NCBI GenBank assembly: GCA_002269645.1
Contig: NIVC01002502.1
Coordinates: 1-64,000, forward strand
From: Macrostomum lignano
Lineage: Eukaryota
Reading direction: 5' to 3'
Length of the DNA stretch: 64,000 bases
The number at the start of each line of letters is the position of its first letter. Within the stretch, counting starts at the first letter, position 1. Both the position numbers and the translations under genes were made by a program. Positions 61,431 through 64,000 of this stretch are shown one piece after another. The notes below the pieces were generated by a model. That model was given only the letters and a program-made list of their open reading frames with translations. It was not told the DNA's origin and did not search any database.

Positions 61431-61887
61431 TTTATTCTCTGGGTCTCACAAGTCAGCATAAATAATCTGAACAAAATCAAAATCACCTCCAAGCAGCAAA
61501 TCATACGAGATGGAGAGCAGAAATCCAAACAGTTCCTACGAGCTACACTGGAGAAGTGACGCAAAATTGTTCAGAAAATTGTATTTCGATTTCATCTCGC
61601 ATTCCGCTCACAATAGGAACGCGTGGATTGGCAGCAATATTGAATAAATTCTGAGAGCCCACTTTCGAATTCTCGCGCGGCATGAAATTTTGATTACAAT
61701 GGAAGCAGCCGACTGCTTCAGGGGGCCACCTGTTCTCGTGCTAAAATGAGAACAATGAGAATTCTATCGTGTCTGCTTGTGAGGCTTGAAATATTTGGCT
61801 GACTGAATATCCGTTTTTGCTGGTTTGTACTGTGCAACTGCATTGTGTTAGTGCTGCTGCAGAGTGGCTCAGTATAATTTAAACTAG

Positions 61888-62335
61888 TGAGTGAGTGAGT
61901 GAGTGAGTGAGTGAGTGAGGGAGTGAGTGAGTTAGTCAGTGAGTGAGTGAGTGAGTGAGTGAGTGAGTGAGTGAGTGAGTGAGTGAGTGAGTGAGTGAGT
62001 GAATGAGTGAGTGAGTGAGTGAATGCGTGAGTTAGTCAGTGAGTGAGTGAGTGAGTGAGTGAGTGAGTGAGTGAGTGAGTGAGTGAGTGAGTGAGTGAGT
62101 GAGTGAGTGAGTGAGTGAGTGAGTGAGTGAGTGAGTGAGTGAGTGAGTGAGTGAGTGAGTGAGTGAATGAGTGAGTGATGATGAGTGAGTGGTGAGTGAG
62201 TGAGTGAGTGAGTGAGTGAGTGAGTGAGTGAGTGAGTGAGTGAGTGAATGAGTGAGTGAATGAGTGAGTGAGTGAGTGAGTGAGTGAGTGAGTGAGTGAG
62301 TGAGTGAGTGAGTGAGTAAGTGAGTCAGTGAGTGA
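61888..62335. repeat. (GAGT)n microsatellite
   Basis: Read directly. Confidence 0.95.
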
Positions 62336-62949
62336 GCCCCATCCCAGGAACTCTGTCAGCCATTGCTCCGCCAGGTCAACAGACAAAATATTTCATTCTA
62401 TACCTGGCTTGTTTATCATGCAAATTTCAATCTTTTCCAGCGTCACCCCGAAGCAGCAGACTTATTCAGAGGCCAGACCGGGTAGTCATGCCAGTGAGTT
62501 CGTGTTGCAGAGCTCACCGGCTTCTTATTGATTCAAGTCATGCAGACCGAATCAAATCAGAACCGGGGCGCCTGTGACTGAAAGTTTAATTAGAAGCTCT
62601 CTGCTCAAGTTTTTTTGCTGCTTCTAGAGGCAAATTAACGCCTGAATGCATCTCAATTAGAAACGTTATTGTTCGCATGCTACTGTACTGGCTTCTCTTG
62701 CTCTTCATCTGCCATCTCTAGCAGGTTTGAAGTTTTTGAGCTGCTCCGCTGATTCAATAAATTTATTTCACGCTTCGTTGAGAAATTAACTTTTTAAGGG
62801 CGAGTGAAATGAGAAAAGCTTTTTGTTTCAGAGTAATAATGAACTGGTGAAGAAGCACTGCATGGATGGAGCTGGCAGAGAGAAAAAGGGGAAATAGCTC
62901 GTATGGTGCAAAATAGAGGCTACACAAAAAGAGGGACTGGAAAACTGAG

Positions 62950-63400
62950 AAAACTGGAGAGACTGCATGAGGAGACTGTGGAGACTGGGGAGACTGGGGA
63001 GACTGAGGGACTGAGGAGACTGGGGGACTGAGGAGACTGAGGAGACTGGGGAGACTGTGGAGACTGGGGAGACTGGGAGACTGAGGAGACTGAGGAGACT
63101 GGGGAGACTGAGGAGACTGAGGAGACTGGGAGACTGGGAGACTGAGAGTAGACTGAGGAGACTGAGGAGACTGAGGGAGACTGAGGAGACTGAGGAGACT
63201 GAGGAGACTGAGGAGACTGAGGGAGACTGGGAGACTGAGAGGAGACTGGAGGAGACTGAGTGAGACTGGGGAGACTGAGGAGACTGAGGAGACTGAGGAG
63301 ACTGAGGAGACTGAGGAGACGGGGAGACTTAGGGAGACTGAGGAGACTGAGGAGACTGGGGAGACTGAGTAGACTGAGGAGACAGAGGAGACTGAGGAGA
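62950..63400. repeat. 9-bp repeat (GAGGAGACT)n
   Basis: Read directly. Confidence 0.9.
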
Positions 63401-64000
63401 ATGAAGAGAATGAGGAGACAGCTCATAGAATGGGAGAATACGAAGGGGGGATTAAGATTGAGGCCACACCAGCGGCCAATAGGAGTCCTGTGGGATCCCA
63501 GATTGGGCAGTAGAACTCTTAGCTTTTCCCATCTCCAGATCCAGATCCGGCCTCATCTGTCTCGACTGTCGAATCCCAGCCAGCTGTCCGAGAGCACCTC
63601 GGAACTGCTTCATCTGTCTCGCCTGTCTGGAGACCCCAAGGCTCGCTATTGGCCCATGCAAGTCTGCAGCAGCAGTGGTGGCGGCCGCCACTTCCCCCCC
63701 ACACCTTCATGCGATGTGGATTTTCGTTGGATATCCCCTCATCTCTCACTCTCTCTGTCTCAATAGATGCGCATGACGCAATTCCGGTTACCGCCGCCCA
63801 CGCCTCCTCCGCGCTTCAGAACCCACGCCCCAGCAACCCCAGCTCGGTTATAAATGCCCAACTGGAAGCCTCGTAGCTCGGCGCTTCACCCTTAGACATT
63901 TTTAAGAAATATTCTCAGCTCTCGCCGAGAGTCGCCGGGCTCCGCATGTAAGTTTCTTCAATGATGGATGCTTGAACTTTTTCTGAATTTGTCTCTCGCC

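Noticed and set aside
59400-63900. Possible exons at ~59.6 kb and ~63.5 kb
   Set aside because: Short open frames with no recognisable motif and ambiguous strand.

Overview
This is metazoan genomic DNA: AT-rich intergenic and intronic sequence, GC-rich spliced exons, and a very high load of minisatellites, microsatellites and transposons. That style resembles repeat-rich flatworm genomes such as Macrostomum, but the species is only an inference. Most long ORFs in the track are translations of tandem repeats and are not genes. Host genes assembled by hand from splice sites and protein motifs: the first coding exon of a PICALM/AP180 ANTH gene (-); a complete 7-exon Ca2+-binding mitochondrial carrier (SCaMC/SLC25A23-25 family, -, 1440 nt CDS); a head-to-head FAM102/EEIG NT-C2 gene (+, first and last exons identified); a PHD+CXXC (CXXC1/Cfp1-like) gene (+); and an unidentified membrane-protein gene (-). 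Mobile DNA: a complete Merlin transposon (38-bp TIRs, 8-bp TSD), a Mutator/foldback element (about 500-bp TIRs, 8-bp TSD), several hAT-type non-autonomous elements, two RTE-like LINE fragments, two tRNA-derived SINEs and a dead THAP remnant. The most striking object is a roughly 445-bp cassette in SCaMC intron 1 (21315-21760). Two inverted 90-bp arms, each carrying a Penelope-type minimal hammerhead ribozyme motif, enclose a 216-bp copy of exon 1 of the neighbouring FAM102 gene, and the whole is flanked by a 13-bp direct repeat. Also notable: a minisatellite that has amplified a real 5' splice site about 25 times.
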